A stretch of DNA of 63,498 nt, the filler included, from Reticulomyxa filosa (Eukaryota; Protista; Foraminifera), in NCBI GenBank assembly GCA_000512085.1. It is 15 parts of 15 records of this genome, joined end to end, with 100 filler letters (N's around TTAATTAATTAA, not from the genome) between each part and the next. Parts side by side here need not be neighbours in the genome. Positions count along the whole stretch, not along the records: positions 34,532 to 42,291 come from ASPP01026647.1; positions 42,392 to 51,438 come from ASPP01019748.1; positions 51,539 to 52,639 come from ASPP01018617.1; positions 52,740 to 54,633 come from ASPP01007738.1; 11 more parts are not named here. One strand, written 5' to 3'. Both the position numbers and the translations under genes were made by a program. Shown here piece by piece: positions 37,286 to 53,429 of the stretch; position 1 is the stretch's first letter, and every line of letters starts with the position of its first letter. The notes beneath the pieces were generated by a model. That model made no database searches and was not told the origin of the DNA. It was given only the letters and a program-made list of their open reading frames with translations.

Positions 37286-39380
37286 ATGTCAAAGACCTTA
37301 TTGTTTTTGTCTCTTTTGAGTGGTGTTTTCTTGGAAGGTAACAGTTTAACGACCTTGTATGGAAAGAATCTCACTTCTCCGTATCGATGTCCAGTTGACG
37401 ACGACTGTTTGTTGCTGTGTGATTCATCGTTTGGATGTTACAATGGGACATTGGAATGCCCAGGGACAATGAATTCAACAAGTCAATGTAGCGTAACATG
37501 TAGCGCAGGAGCATCCTGTCAGTTACTTCAAATAAACGCAGTGAACGCAAAGGCAATAAACGTAACCTGTTCGGCCGGATTCAGCTGTTCACAAATGAGT
37601 ATAGAAGTCACATAAAAAAGATAAATATATATATGTACATATATTATACACAAATAATAATGACAAAAGAGAAATACGACTATGCACAAATAAATGTTTA
37701 CAAATATTGTACATGTACATATGGCACATTATATCTACGTACATATACATATGTTTGTTATCAGTAATAAATGGTCCCATATTGATTGACGGAAGTGTGA
37801 TTAAATTAAATGTTTATGACCGGTTAAGAAATGCGGAGAATATAACAGTAAACGGACAGTGGACAGAACAAATATTCATCAATTGCAACTCCGCGAGCGG
37901 ATGCAGGAATGCACGTCTGCAAATTAACCTTTTTTCAAAAAAAAAAAAAAAGGGGGTAAATACTACAACGTATGCGAAGGAAAAAAACAACAAACAACAA
38001 ATAAAAACATACACGTAAAGGATTGAACGGTCCAGTAACACTAACTCAAAATTCACAAATGACAATCGTAGCTGGATATGACAAGGCATTGATAGGAGCA
38101 ACTATTCATGCGCCTTATGTATTTTTTTTAAGTCTGACTTGTATGGCAGATAGTTCGTGTTTGAATATGTCTATTAATGCGACAAATGTCAAATCCTTCA
38201 GTTTTGCAAATTATATACATATATATGTATGTATATGTATATATGTACATATGTATATGTGTGTATGACTTTGAATTGTTCAAAGACGAAAAAAAAAACA
38301 AAATTGGAAATAAAATAAACCTCGTTCAGGTCTGACTTGTAATGATGGAAGTAATTCATGTAAGAATGCATTTGTTTCTATCGATAACGTCGACAATGCT
38401 CAGATTTTCTGCAGTTTTGATGAAAAAAACAAACAGAGAAACGGGAGGAAAGAACATATAGGATTTACAAAGAAACATTATATATGTATACCTATGTATA
38501 TACCCGAAGTGTGCATATGACATATGCATATGATGAAAGTGAGCTGTGATTCAATGAAGATTAACGCACAATCTGCGGAAGCAGTGAAATTACATTGCAC
38601 ATTTCCAAACAACAGAAAATTGGCATTGTATTGCCCCGAAGATGTGAGCAAGAAATGCGAGGTGGATTGTGACAACTCCAACACGGATTGCAACGGAATC
38701 AGTGTGTACCGAACCTCTGCTTTAGTGATGGTGGCATTGCATTCACTTGCACTCAACCCACTGATTGCCAAAATGTCACCGTTTACTGCGGAAGTAATTT
38801 CTCCGATTATTGTGTCACTCAAGTTCAACAAAGTAGTATCAGTTGCATTAATAAACTTGGTTATTGCGGATCCACTCGAGTAAGGCCATATACGTACACA
38901 TATATATGTATATGTATAATTATATACGTATACGTACATTTGTATCTATTTATTCTCATTAGATGCCGACACAGTTGCCTACACGTCCCACTCGTCAACC
39001 CACAGCACTCCCAACGAAGAAACGAACTACCACACAAACACCGACCACATTGACCACAACAACTACGGAAGTGCATGGCAATGCCACTTACATCACCCCA
39101 CAACAAGGGAAGAAGTCATCATCTTCTAATATGTATGTGATCATTGGAGTTTCTGTCGGCGTTTCGGTTTTATTCATTTTGTGCTGTGCTTTCCTTACTA
39201 AAGTGTATATCAATTCTAAAAAATCTCAAAACGAAAGGGATGCCACTGATATCGTCATGACCGAAAGAAAGAAAAAGTTAATGCATTCTCATTTTTGTTT
39301 CTAACTTCCATTTAAACTAAATATTAATTGCTTTTTTTTTTATGTGCTCATACAATAGACACTACGAGGAATTAGAATGA
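37286..39380 (+). CDS. Cys-rich type I surface/membrane protein with a Thr/Pro stalk and a short tail ending YEELE
   Basis: Signal MSKTLLFLSLLSGVFL; repeated (I/V).C....SC motifs over several exons; stalk PTQLPTRPTRQPT...TTTTT; TM MYVIIGVSVGVSVLFILCCAFL; inferred last exon KHYEELE*. Confidence 0.75.
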
Positions 39381-39743
39381 AAAAATAGTATAGTGTCTCT
39401 GCCCCTTTTGCTCATTGACCAATCCAATTTTCAAAATTTTTTATTTTATTTGTATGAACAAAAAAAACAACTTTATATTTTGAATTTTTTCCATGCTAAA
39501 ATATCTTTTTTTCTTCCTCCTTCTATTGATGTTGTAATCATCAATTGGAAATGAGGGCGTTGTCTCATCCCTTGCTGCCACACATTTTTATGATAAATCT
39601 ACTTTTAAAAAAGGGTCCTTTCGAACTGAACACAGATTTGTGGGATTACTGATGCATCCATCAGTCAATTGTGTAGTCCAAAATCAAGATAGGTCTCAAA
39701 ATAAAAGTTAGAATACAATATTGTTAGTTCGCCAATTTCGTTT

Positions 39744-40967
39744 TTAAATTTTAATGTTGCTTCTCAAAGGAACATATCTAACAAAAATGTCTGGTGATTC
39801 ATTGAAACCATTTTGGCTTTGGCGTGTAACCATGGTCATAACTGTCGATGAAGTAGCAGGATCATCGAGTGGTATGATCATCATTCCACCAATTTTGAGA
39901 TAGTTTCTCAACACATTTTTTTGATTAACGGAAGAGGCTGCACCCACATGAATGCAATCAAACATTTTTTCGACGTATTTATTTTTGTTATCACTCAACA
40001 CTTGTAGCACTTCGCCTGCCACAAATTCTACATATTTTTGTTCTAGTAACCGTTTATGGCCCTGAATTTTGTTTGCAATAAAATTTTTTTTTAGTATAAA
40101 AATCTACATCACAAACCAAACTTTGTTGGTGTTAGCAATGCTTTGTCGCACTAACCCAGGCTCAATTTCGATACCAATTACTCGTGGCTTTTTATTTGGC
40201 AAAGAATGGACAATATATTCTGCCACAACAACAGACCAATATCCGCTTCCACTCCCAACATCTTTTTTACGAATACAATGCAAGCAAATCCATTGGATAA
40301 AAAACATGCAGTTCGACTGGTTATGCCCCCTTTTCCTCTCCCTCTTCAAAACAAAAAAAACGACAAACCAAGTATGGTAATCTCATTTGCTTTCGAGCTT
40401 TGGATTGTTTGTTCTAAGTGCTTCATTGCATAAATATGCATGTGAGGAGCCTAATGAATAAAATGCAAGAATGCGACAAGCATACAAATTTAATTGAAAA
40501 TAAAACAAAGCGAAAATAAAAAGAAATCTGTCAAATCCCTTATTTTTTTTAACCGAAATAGTTGCATCGAAGCCAACAGATTGTGGGGCATCAATATAGG
40601 CGTCCAGTCCACAGTTACAAAATTCAGCTCTATCAACTTGCAGAAATGCATTGAAAATGTTTTCATTGAGTGAGTATTCTTGTCTTAATTTTAAAACAAA
40701 AGCTTGATGAAAACTGGGCTCTTGGGTTTTATCCTTTTCCGTTGATATTTGAGATGAAGGAGAAACATCAATTTTAAGATGGTGGGTTGAGTACCAAAAT
40801 AAAATTAAACCAAACAAAAACGGCATCATTGAAAGTACTGAAAAACGGTTGTCGCAGACACAGCCACTTTCAATTGGACGTAGTCTTTCTTCCCTTTCCA
40901 AAGGAGATGGAGCATTTGTATGCTCGTGTCGATTTCTTGTTGCTTGATTTGGATAATTTTTCATCAT
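39744..40967 (-). CDS. PCMT1: Protein-L-isoaspartate O-methyltransferase (PIMT) with a hydrophobic N-terminal extension
   Basis: AFLQVDRAEF...AYIDAPQSVGFDATIS|APHMH, L|DVGSGSGY, VIGIE, FDCIHVGAA, LKIGGMMIIP. The start codon is uncertain (40967 or ~40829). Confidence 0.88.
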
Positions 40968-41293
40968 TCAAAAATTAAAAATAAAAACAAAAAAAACTGT
41001 TAAACCCTGGTTCAAGTATTTTGTGTTTGTTTAGAAGAGAATGAAAACTGTTTTAAACTAAGTAAAAATGATGAAAAAATTATTGTATCCAAAAAGAATG
41101 TTACTAAATATTTCTCTTTGAGGATAGTGAAACAAGAATTGTGACAATTGAATGAAAAAGCTAGAATTTGTATGCCAAAGTAAGATGACTTTATTGTCAG
41201 CATGGCAAAATTTACAACTTTTGAAAAGACATGGACATCATGGTTAAAAAAATATTGTGAAAATAGGAGCTGTGTCTAGCAGAAGTTAGAGAA

Positions 41294-41788
41294 ATGACTC
41301 GTCATTTCTCGTCAGGTTCATATTCACAATTGAACATCCATCTCTATAAAAATGATGGTGTTTGGGATCCTCAATCCAGCGTATTGTTAAGTCTTCCCTA
41401 TGGCACAACCCTCAAAAGCTTGCAGAAGCTGTGTGCAGAGAAGTGGTATGCCAAAGTGGTCCCCAATCCCACGATCCGACTGTACCAGCTTCACAACTTG
41501 CTCCCACTTGAAGACGACGACGAGACAACATTAGCAGAGCTAGTGGACCGAAGAGAGTTGGCAGTGCCAGACGCCCATCTTCTGGTCGTCCTGTCAAGTA
41601 ATCCTGACGACATCATCTATCCACGTAAAGCCCAAGCCCAACAGCAATCCAACAACACACAATCATTACCAATTGCTAAGTCGCACACCAGCAATGACAC
41701 AACAGATCCCCTAGAAGTATCTGCTCAAGTTAAACAATCAAACAAACAAAAAAAGTTCATTTTTTATTTCCCTCCTACCTTTCCCCTT

Positions 41789-41825
<37 letters not shown>

Positions 41826-42291
41826 AGAAGAAAAAAAGAAAATCAATCAAAGAAAGCAGAAACAAAGAAAAAGCGAAAAGAAAGAATAGTCTTGAAGCAA
41901 AGCAAGCCAACACAAGAGACTCATCGACGACAGCGATGACGACGAGCTCGGGCACTGTCGTGCTTGATGACAGCAACAGTGAAGCAGTGTCTGCGAGGAA
42001 GCAAGTGCACTTGAACAAAGATGAGAACGAAAAAAAAAGAAAAAAGAAAAGGAAAAGGAAAAAGAAAAGGGAGGCCACACAGCATCAACAAGTGCAAAAA
42101 AATCGAGGAAGAAACAGACGACTTGTGATGACAACACAGATCTGGGTCCGTCACAGGACACATATCCAAACAAAAAGAGACGATTGAATTCGTCCGACCT
42201 TTCTTGCGCTGTGTCTACTCCGATCACACTTACAGCCGATCCCAATTCGAAACAAGTTCAACCTATTGTATATTCACAACGTCATGATAAT
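41294..42291 (+). CDS. Hypothetical protein: N-terminal ubiquitin-fold-like region and a Lys-rich low-complexity region; truncated
   Basis: 166-aa globular-looking ORF (LNIHLYKND...LPYGTTLKSLQKLCAEK...IRLY), then an intron and a K/R/S-rich exon. Confidence 0.5.
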
Positions 42292-42391
42292 NNNNNNNNN
42301 NNNNNNNNNNNNNNNNNNNNNNNNNNNNNNNNNNNTTAATTAATTAANNNNNNNNNNNNNNNNNNNNNNNNNNNNNNNNNNNNNNNNNNNN

Positions 42392-42430
<39 letters not shown>

Positions 42431-42604
42431 GTGCAAAATGAAAAGAAGACGGAAAAAAGAAAAAAAGCGGAAAAAAAAAGGGTTTATTCCCTTTTTCTTT
42501 TTCCCCTTTTCTTCGTTCGCTTTTTTAACCCCTCGCCCTTCTCTCCAATCTCATTTTGCTCCATTCACTTGTCTCCCTCCCCTCCTCCCCTTTTTCTTGT
42601 TCTC

Positions 42605-43750
42605 TCATCTCTCCCCTCTTCTCTCTTGCTTCATTCCATTTGTGTCACATACAACTACTGGACAAATCAGTGAGTTTGGATTTAGCGTTGAAATGGCCAA
42701 AGCTTTTTCGTGCTCATTCAATAGCTTAATATGTGTGAATCGCAGTGAACATTGTGGGAAAGCGCACTCGTAAATGTGACTGGCATCCTTATGCATTGCA
42801 ACAGCTGCAACATCTCGAAACTGGCACCAAGGCACCCCACACTTGTCGCACGCTTCTTCGTTGTTTGTGTTTGCATGATGTTTTGTGTCCCTTTTTTTCA
42901 CAGTTTGACAGACTTTTTCTGTTTCCGTTGCTCCACTATTGAATATAAAATCACTAGTACTAGTATCGTGCTTCTCATTTATACGTCTTGGACAGGTACT
43001 CACAAAAGACCCTATTTTGCTGTTGCCGTCTTCACGACGTTCTTCTATTTTTTGTGAATGGACATTTATTTCTCTATCATAACTCAATTGCCGTGTACGT
43101 TTCTTCAGAGGCTGCCATTCCCATTGTCTGTATTCCAATGATCCTTCGAGCTCTCTTAGAGGTCGCTTTTTTCTTTGTTCGAATCCTGCTTTTGCCAACG
43201 GGACAAAGTTTATGTCATTTTTTTTTATTCGAATTTTTAATGATAGTTCACTTTTTGAGAATGGCATTACTGTCACTAACTTATTTTTTTCGTTACTTTT
43301 TTTTTTTGTTAAAAAAAAAAAAATGGTGATCAAAAGTATGCACGACAAATTAGATACTTCCTGACAAAACTCCAATATTGTATGCGAGTTTCCATCACGA
43401 CGCAAGTGATCGCCATGTGCAAATTCGGATATTTGTGGCTTGATTCCTTTTTGTTTGTAATTTTTTTGTTTGTTTAATTCCCCTGAAGCTCTTATGGTCT
43501 GACCCATTGCAGCCAAGACATAGTCAATCAAAATAACGTCCTCCTTTTTAGAGACGGAAGGAGAAAGGAGGAAAAAAAGGAATATTCAAACTTGGGAATC
43601 AGAAGATGTGCACTAAAAAGAAATCTGATGTAAACATACAAAAAAAAGTTAATATTTTTTATTATTAGTTTTGCTGTAACTATTCGCATGTGCACTTTCG
43701 TCTATGGCATCCATGTGCGTGTCGTTACAGGTCACGCCATTTCCACTCAT
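42605..43750 (-). CDS. Hypothetical protein with a C2H2 zinc finger
   Basis: YECAFPQCSLRFTHIKLLNEH finger, preceded by CDKC..WC. Exon structure and start are uncertain. Confidence 0.5.
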
Positions 43751-44132
43751 TACTGGTTTCTTTCGAGACTGACGTTCAATGATAAAGTTCAATATTCTTA
43801 ATACGAGCAAATGAATCGCCCACAAAGAGATTATCGTTATGGTTGGATTGCTCCCCTAAGTTTTTCAAGGATCTCCCACTCTGAGAGTTATATTTTTGTG
43901 CAACACGCTGCCAAAAAAATCGGAACTTTGCAAACCAAAGATTTTCTAATATTAGTGAAAATTGTTTTCATTGCCTAAAGTACTAGTTCTATGCCACTCA
44001 CCCCTGAAAAGTGATTTTTTACACGAACCATATTCACTATTGATGGTGAGTGACGTCAATCGGAAATTCTGTTGACACTCGAATAACAAATTGCGAAAAT
44101 TTGGAGCTAAAACAAAAATCACAACAACAAAT

Positions 44133-45412
44133 ATGAAAAAAGAGTCAGGTGTGAAACTTGTACACGTTGCAAAAGCATCAAAATCGCATGAAAATCGAAC
44201 AAAATGTAAATTTTGTTTTCTTAGTTATTGGTTTGATTTGGCTCTTCACTCAAATTTCGTGCATGTATTAAAAAATGTTGTTTGATATTTAGGTCATAAA
44301 ATTGACCTTGTACAAACCAAAATACGTCAAAGACCAAAATGGGATGATAGATTTCATCTCACCGCAAATGATATTTCTGTTGAAAACAGAAAGTGTGTAG
44401 ATATACTTCCGATTTATTCGCGTATGTATGCATTCGTTTTTGAGTGACCAACACTTAGATAACGTTATAAGTTTACCTTTTTTTGTCAAGACAGCCAATG
44501 TAAAACCAACTCCCACTCAATCAAAAGTCCAATTCAAAAAAAAGCATAAGAAAAACGCAAAGCAATGTGCACACAACACATTTAATGGCACGTACACAGG
44601 CATTCCTCCTATCAACGCTATTAGTGGTCAAAGACAATGGGGAAGAAAGGTAAATCACAATCACTCCTGCCCAGTCACAAGTCCGTCCCAGCCAAGGCAA
44701 AGAGTAAAACGGAATGAATCTGAAACTAATTGCGAAAAAATAAGTAAATTATCGGTTAGTGAATACGAGACTGGCTCTCATTCTGACAAAATAGTGAGAT
44801 CCGATGTACCACTAAATAGTTTCCCGTTTCAGGGTCGGATCACTGAAAATGTTGAAGTGCGTGTCTTGAGCCCAGTACACAAAACTAATACTTTTTATAA
44901 AAGCGTTGAAGAAAAACCTTTGCCCATGGAAAAATACAGTAAAACAAATGAAAGTAGAAAAATTAAACTAATGGATACCGGTAATTTTAATTAAAACAAT
45001 GTCTTGTTTGACGTCATATAACAATAAAACGTTTGAAATTTTATAAATAGACAGGAAAAACAGAGAAGACAGTGTTTCTCCATCACAAAGATCTTGTCTG
45101 ATCGATCGTAGTGGAGCAAACAAACCACTCAACAACAAATTTTGTGTCCAATGTGATATCAATACTTTCACTCAAAATGCAGTGGCACAGCATACTCAAA
45201 AAAGTCCCATCAATTGGTGCGTCAGTTTTTATATTTTAGATTATTTGAAAAATATCGATTGATATTTACACTTTTTCTTAAATAGCTCAGTCAATAAACA
45301 AAGCGCTCCAGCACATCAAAATGACTTTGATAAGGACTTATTGGCAGATTTGGAAAAATTTTGTTGTAATTTGGCCGATATGCTTATTAAGAGCGAAACA
45401 AATTGCATTTGA
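44133..45412 (+). CDS. Hypothetical low-complexity protein (multi-exon)
   Basis: A consistent GT-AG splice path MKKES|GHKIDL...RPKWDDRFHL..., then the 44428-44994 ORF and a last exon DLLADLEKFCCNLADMLIKSETNCI*. No known domain recognised. Confidence 0.45.
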
Positions 45413-47763
45413 ACAACAGGCATATTATAGCATATTCTTTTTTATTTTTTAATGTTAGAGCTCTGTGAAAAATTTACAGTGCAACATAACTGCAAAATAA
45501 AACTATATGAAAGGATTTTTAGTTATTAAACATTACAAATATTAATTAACATTTTGCCTTAAGTTGGCACATTTATCTCAAATATAAATCAAAAATCGAT
45601 CGTGGTACTTTATAAAAACTAAAATCTACCTTATAAACATTTCAACATTTCTGTAAAGAAAGCAAAGCTTTACGCGTAATTTTCTTGCTCGAGGCAGCTT
45701 ATACTCTTCGTATTTTTTATGTTTACTCTTTTCGGTAATTATGTAACATAAGTGTGTATGTTATATTTTGTGTGTTTATTTGTTCATTGATCTGTAAGTT
45801 TACAAAAAGAAATATTGTGTTATTAAGAATAACAATTTAGAAAAGACTGTAAATTATAGTAAAAAATCAAGCAAAAGGAATTTTATAAAAACAATGTCGA
45901 AAAATTAATAGGAAACGCCCACCCTTCATGAGAAAATTCGTTTTTATAAGTAGCGTTTTATGTTGTCTTTTATTTGCAAACTACTGTACCTTTTGGACCA
46001 ATTTTTTTGGATATTTTTTAAAAATATTGCTCATCTTAGAGAATCTGAAAATGTACTCGCTTTTCATAAAAGTGTCGAAAATATGAAAGTTGAACTTTTT
46101 CATTTTTTGAAAATTTTAAAACTCTTTCATTTTTTAAGTTAAAAATATGTGGTTCATCTTTTCTAAATGTAATTTTTAAAAAGTTCGAAAATGTTGCTTT
46201 TTCATGAATAAAATTGTAAATATTTGCATGTTTGCTTTTTTTTGCAATCAATTGTATCTCCTTTTTGACGTTTGAACTTACTAAGTGTCTTCAATCGGCT
46301 CAAGATTTTTCATTGTACGTTTTGCTGTTTCATTTGGTTAGTGCGTTCATTATCAGACGCAAAAGATACTGCTGCTGTTGTTACTTTACCATATCAAGTT
46401 GTATTTATTTTAAACTTTATAACTTTCCAGTAAAGTACAACGAAAAATACTTTCGCGGTTGGACGATGATGAAATATAGACTTTTTTATAGAAAGGACAA
46501 CAACTTAAAATTTTAGCAAAATTTTTTTTAAGAAGTCTTTACATCAATATAAAAACTAACAGTAAAAAATCTAAAATATTGAACAAAACTAAAAAACTAA
46601 AAGCATTATTGAATACTTGCTTTTTTTACTGGCCAGGACTATGTCAAAGACATTTAACGTCTACCGTTTGCTTGAATGATTGCTAATTTGTGCACTATCT
46701 CTTATATTTAGCTTTTATATTTGTTTAAAACACAAGTGTTGTCAAAATTCCTGACATACAAAAATAGCACTTTATGAAGATTATCAATTTTCTATGTGGA
46801 AACAACTACAAATCTTCAAGTGTCCAAAATACGTTTCATTTTTTGCAATTTTTGTCAACTACGAACATCTTTATTCTTTTCTACTATATTATTATTTTTG
46901 CTTCTTAATTTTTGTAATTTTAACCAATTTTTTTAGAATTAGTTTATATTGTTAACATTTTGACTTGTGATGCTTTTTGCAAAAATTATAGCTTTAGTTT
47001 AAAAATAACAACTGGAAAGAAAAAACAAACTTCAAAAAGACAGGACTTTTTTTAATTTTGTCATTATGATTTTCAATTAAAAAATTAAACACAACTAATT
47101 ATATGTTTTTTAAAACTTTAAAATTTATCGTAATTTGACATATAGAAAGAAGCTCGAAAAAGCTTTATTTTAAAAAGAATTTTAGCAACTTCGTTGTGTC
47201 ATCACATGTGCATACTTAAAAAATTATTAACTTTTCCACTTTCTGTGACTCCGATTGATGACTGGAGCAATCTAAATTTTTAAATCAAAATAAACATATC
47301 TCACAATAGATTGCCCTACTTGTCTTAAAATGATAGTGTGTAGGATAGTAATTTGAATTTGTGCAATTAATACAATACATAATGATAACACTTCATTTTC
47401 ACAATTAAAAAAAAGTAGAAAAAACAACACCCAATATCAATAAGTATCTGACTCAGTGCAAAAAAGAAATAAATTTTAAATAAGCATATTGTTAAAAATT
47501 AAATGGTTGCATCTTTCGTTCGATAAAACTATAACAAAAACAGATCATGGTAGAATATAATTTTTTCAGTTGAATGTACTACACGATATAAGAAGTGCAA
47601 CTAGTAAATAAAGTTATCCGATTATAGATTATACGTTCGGAAATATGCTTTTTTTAGCGAAAGTGGAAAAGGAGGATAGACCTCTATATATTAAATTTGC
47701 GAGTTGTTTCCATAACTCACGGCACGTTAAAACGGTATTGAATTGAAAAAAGCAAACTCAAAA

Positions 47764-49751
<1,988 letters not shown>

Positions 49752-50172
49752 TTTCAAACACAGCCAAGTTAAATCCTTAAAAAAAAGTGCAAGAACTTCA
49801 ACAAAAGAAAGTTTTTTGCTGCGGTCTTCAAAACAACAGCTAAAAAAGGTTGAGTACTGTTTGTGTATTCACTTTTCAAACAGAAATAATTCTGGCAGAT
49901 ACAAAAGAGTGAAACGAACAAAGATGTTGTCTCATTAGATTTGATAAAATCTTCTGAACTAGTTTCTGTTATCCAATAATATATTTTGACAAAAAAGAAG
50001 CGACTGAACAAAACAAACAAAAAATAAATATTTACAAACTTCCAACGTGAACAAAAAGCCTTGATTGTTTGTTTTTGAAAAAGCAATGGGAAGTTTCCAC
50101 ACTAAAGGGATCAATTAGGTATTTTTCTCTCTTTTGTTGCGTTTAATAATAATAGTAATTATTAATATTATT

Positions 50173-51028
50173 TTAAGAAAGGGCTTTGTCAAGTATTTTA
50201 TTGTTAAGAGCTAATTTATTAAAAGTGGGAGTTCTTCGAAGATTATCTTTATTTTCATCACCGAGTTTGCGTTCCCAATCATTTTTGGTAGTAACAGTGA
50301 AATTTTCGACACTGGATAAGAATTGTTGAAACATGACACTTTGTTTGAAGCGTGGAAAGCTATTATAAATGGAAAAAGTGATAAAAAAAAAAATATATAT
50401 ATATATGTATATGTATGTATATATTATTTATTTATTTTTATACCTGTCTCTTTCAATAAGTGTAACAATACTTCGTAAACAATCATCAAACATAGCTTCA
50501 GTAACATTTCCTTCATTCATTTGTTTTAAAATAGATCTTTTAAGATGACCAGCAATATTAATTTGTTGATCACCAGAATCAGCAATAAAAGCATTACAAA
50601 TAATTTTAGCCATATCAATTTTAGTAGTAGTATCAAGAAAAGGAAAAGATTTTTTAAATTCTCTAACGGCTAAATAAAAATGAACATTTTCTGCAGCATA
50701 TTCACTTTCTAAAAACATGGTAAAATATCTTAATGCTTTTGGAATTTGTAGAATAGTATTTACATCACAATTATATCGACTAAGCATAACATCAAACCAT
50801 TTACGAGATTGAGGGACTTGTTCAAAAAATTTATCAATATTTTTTTTTTCCATTTCAAATATTACACAATCTGTTTTACAAATGAATCGAGGAAGAATAA
50901 CTGTTTCTTTTACTGTTATATTTTTTTCTATGCCAATTTTTTTTTTACGAGGTGAAAGTGCTGAATGACGACTAGTTGTTTTTGATAATTTTTTTACTTT
51001 TAAAGATGATGTATTATTTACATTTAAT

Positions 51029-51066
<38 letters not shown>

Positions 51067-51438
51067 ATTATTAATATTTTCATTTGATTCATCATTTAAT
51101 AATGATGTTTCTCCAAAATAATGTCCAGGAGATAATACAGATACTTCAATTTCTGAATATAAAACACCATCTTTAGAAAAATCTATTACATTTTGTTCAT
51201 TCTTTTTATTATTATTATCATTATCATTATTTTGTGGATAACGAGATTTTGATACGTCTTCAATTAAATCTGCTAATCTTATTTCTGTATTACCATTTGA
51301 TTTTACAGGTGCTGATGAATGTCTTATATGTGTTGTTGTTTTATTATTGTCAACATTTAAATTAGTAATAGTAATAGTAGTAGTAGTATTAATATTATTA
51401 TTATTATTAATATCATTATTATTAATATCATTATTATT
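50173..51438 (-). CDS. Cyclic-nucleotide-binding domain + RGS domain protein, 3' part
   Basis: VSVLSPGHYFGETSLL (cNMP) ... ICKTDCVIFEMEKKNI. RGS: LRYFTMFLESEYAAENVHFY...FIADSGDQQINI...MFD...LIERD|SFPRFKQS. Asn-rich inserts. Confidence 0.8.
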
Positions 51439-52739
51439 NNNNNNNNNNNNNNNNNNNNNNNNNNNNNNNNNNNNNNNNNNNNTTAATTAATTAANNNNNN
51501 NNNNNNNNNNNNNNNNNNNNNNNNNNNNNNNNNNNNNNTACATTCTCCCACAAGATAGAATAAATGTACATCATGTAGAACATGCATTTTCGGATTGGTG
51601 TAAGCTAGATATGTTCAGTGGTTTTATACTAGAAATATTGCGTAAAATTGACGAATATATCGTATTGGATATGGCAGAACACAAACTAAGATAATATTAG
51701 AAAAAATAAATGAAGAATCAACAAGAATTAGAAGTAAAGCTGAATAATATAACAGCTAGTATACGCATACTAAAGTGAACAACAAACAATATTGCAAGCG
51801 AAAATAGAAAAGATGCTACTAATAATAGAAATCACACATAAAAGACATGATACGCATGGCATGTAAATAAAACTACAAAGACTAGAACCAGAAAGAATAA
51901 TTATTGACGATATTAGAAAAATAGATATAATACATGAACACTACAAGAAATTATTTCAAGAAAAAAAACTAGAACATTATGAAAATGGCATTGATATTAG
52001 GAATGAAGCTGAAAATATATTAGAAACAAATACACAATGCACTACCAGTAGAAACGAAAGAATTCAAATATATGTGAATAACATTTGATCTGAAAAACTT
52101 TCAATGGAGTAAACAGTGCGAAGTACAAATAGTGGCAGAATATAATATGTTACAATTATGGGACACAGCATTAGCACAATAGAATACGCGAACAAAAGAT
52201 GTGATAATGTGCACAAAATATAAGACAGATAAGCAAAAGTACAAAGCTCACAATCAGCAGCTTAATAGTGTTTATGATGTATAATGAATAAGTATCCGAA
52301 AGTATAAGCTGATAAAAGAATTCAATAACTTAATTTTTGCAGCACTGCCTTACGGCTAAGTGGTTCGATATGTAGAAATACTTCAAATCTAAACTAGTGG
52401 CATAACCTGGTTCATAGATGTGCATTTTATGTAAATGTCTTTTTTTTGCAATTTGTATCGATAGCTGATCCCTCCAAAACTTTTATCTAATGCATATCCA
52501 CCAATCGCACAATATGCAAGTTAAGTATCTTTGGAGATTTTAAAAGCATTGAATCGGATTTTTAAGACTGTTGAAAATACTGCACTATCAGTTTTTTTTT
52601 GGAAGTGTTAAGTTTTTCGTGTAAAAAAAAAAAAAAAAANNNNNNNNNNNNNNNNNNNNNNNNNNNNNNNNNNNNNNNNNNNNTTAATTAATTAANNNNN
52701 NNNNNNNNNNNNNNNNNNNNNNNNNNNNNNNNNNNNNNN

Positions 52740-52781
<42 letters not shown>

Positions 52782-53389
52782 CATATACGTATATGGTTTT
52801 TTTTTTAAAAAATAAAAATAAAAATAAAAATAAACTCACCCTGATGATTGAATGGATACTCCAAAAGAATTCCATCTTGCAATATGTTGGACGAGTACTC
52901 ACTTTGGATTTGAAAAGGCTTTTTGTTCGCCGTTTGCATGTTGTCAATATTGTCATCGCTGTCGCTGTCGTCGCTATTGTTCTGGTGCAACGCCAGCATT
53001 TGCCTTTTCACATCGTCTGCATTCACTTCGTTTTGATATCGGTGATATTTACTGATGTCATCGCTCTTTTCATTGTCAGCTGTTGTTATTGTTATTGTTG
53101 TGGCTGTGGCTGTGGCTGTGGCTGTGGCTGTGGCAGTAGTGGGAACTGTCTCGGAAGTATCTCCAGGGGCGTCACTATGCTTTTCGGACTTTTCTGTGGA
53201 AGCTGGGAAAAGGGTGTCCCCTTTGCTTTCTTTTATCTCACTCTTGGCATGTTTCTGTTTTTGCCGTTGCTTTTCAATGTAGAACGGGTGATCTTTAGGC
53301 GCTCGACTTTTGAACTGTTCAGGGATCAATGTCAATGTGCACGCTGAGGCTGTGCCAATGCTTGCACCAAGCCATCCTTTTATCATTAC

Positions 53390-53429
<40 letters not shown>

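Noticed and set aside
51539-52639. A-rich contig that may be a decayed LINE tail (faint RNase H and Cys-knuckle hints)
   Set aside because: Too degraded to support by eye; needs a translated search.
52793-53347. Plus-strand ORFs with CGCGCG/VAVAVA repeats, and similar antisense ORFs at 55887-56267 and 63121-63341
   Set aside because: These are shadow frames of low-complexity Thr/Ala/Asn runs in real genes on another frame or strand.
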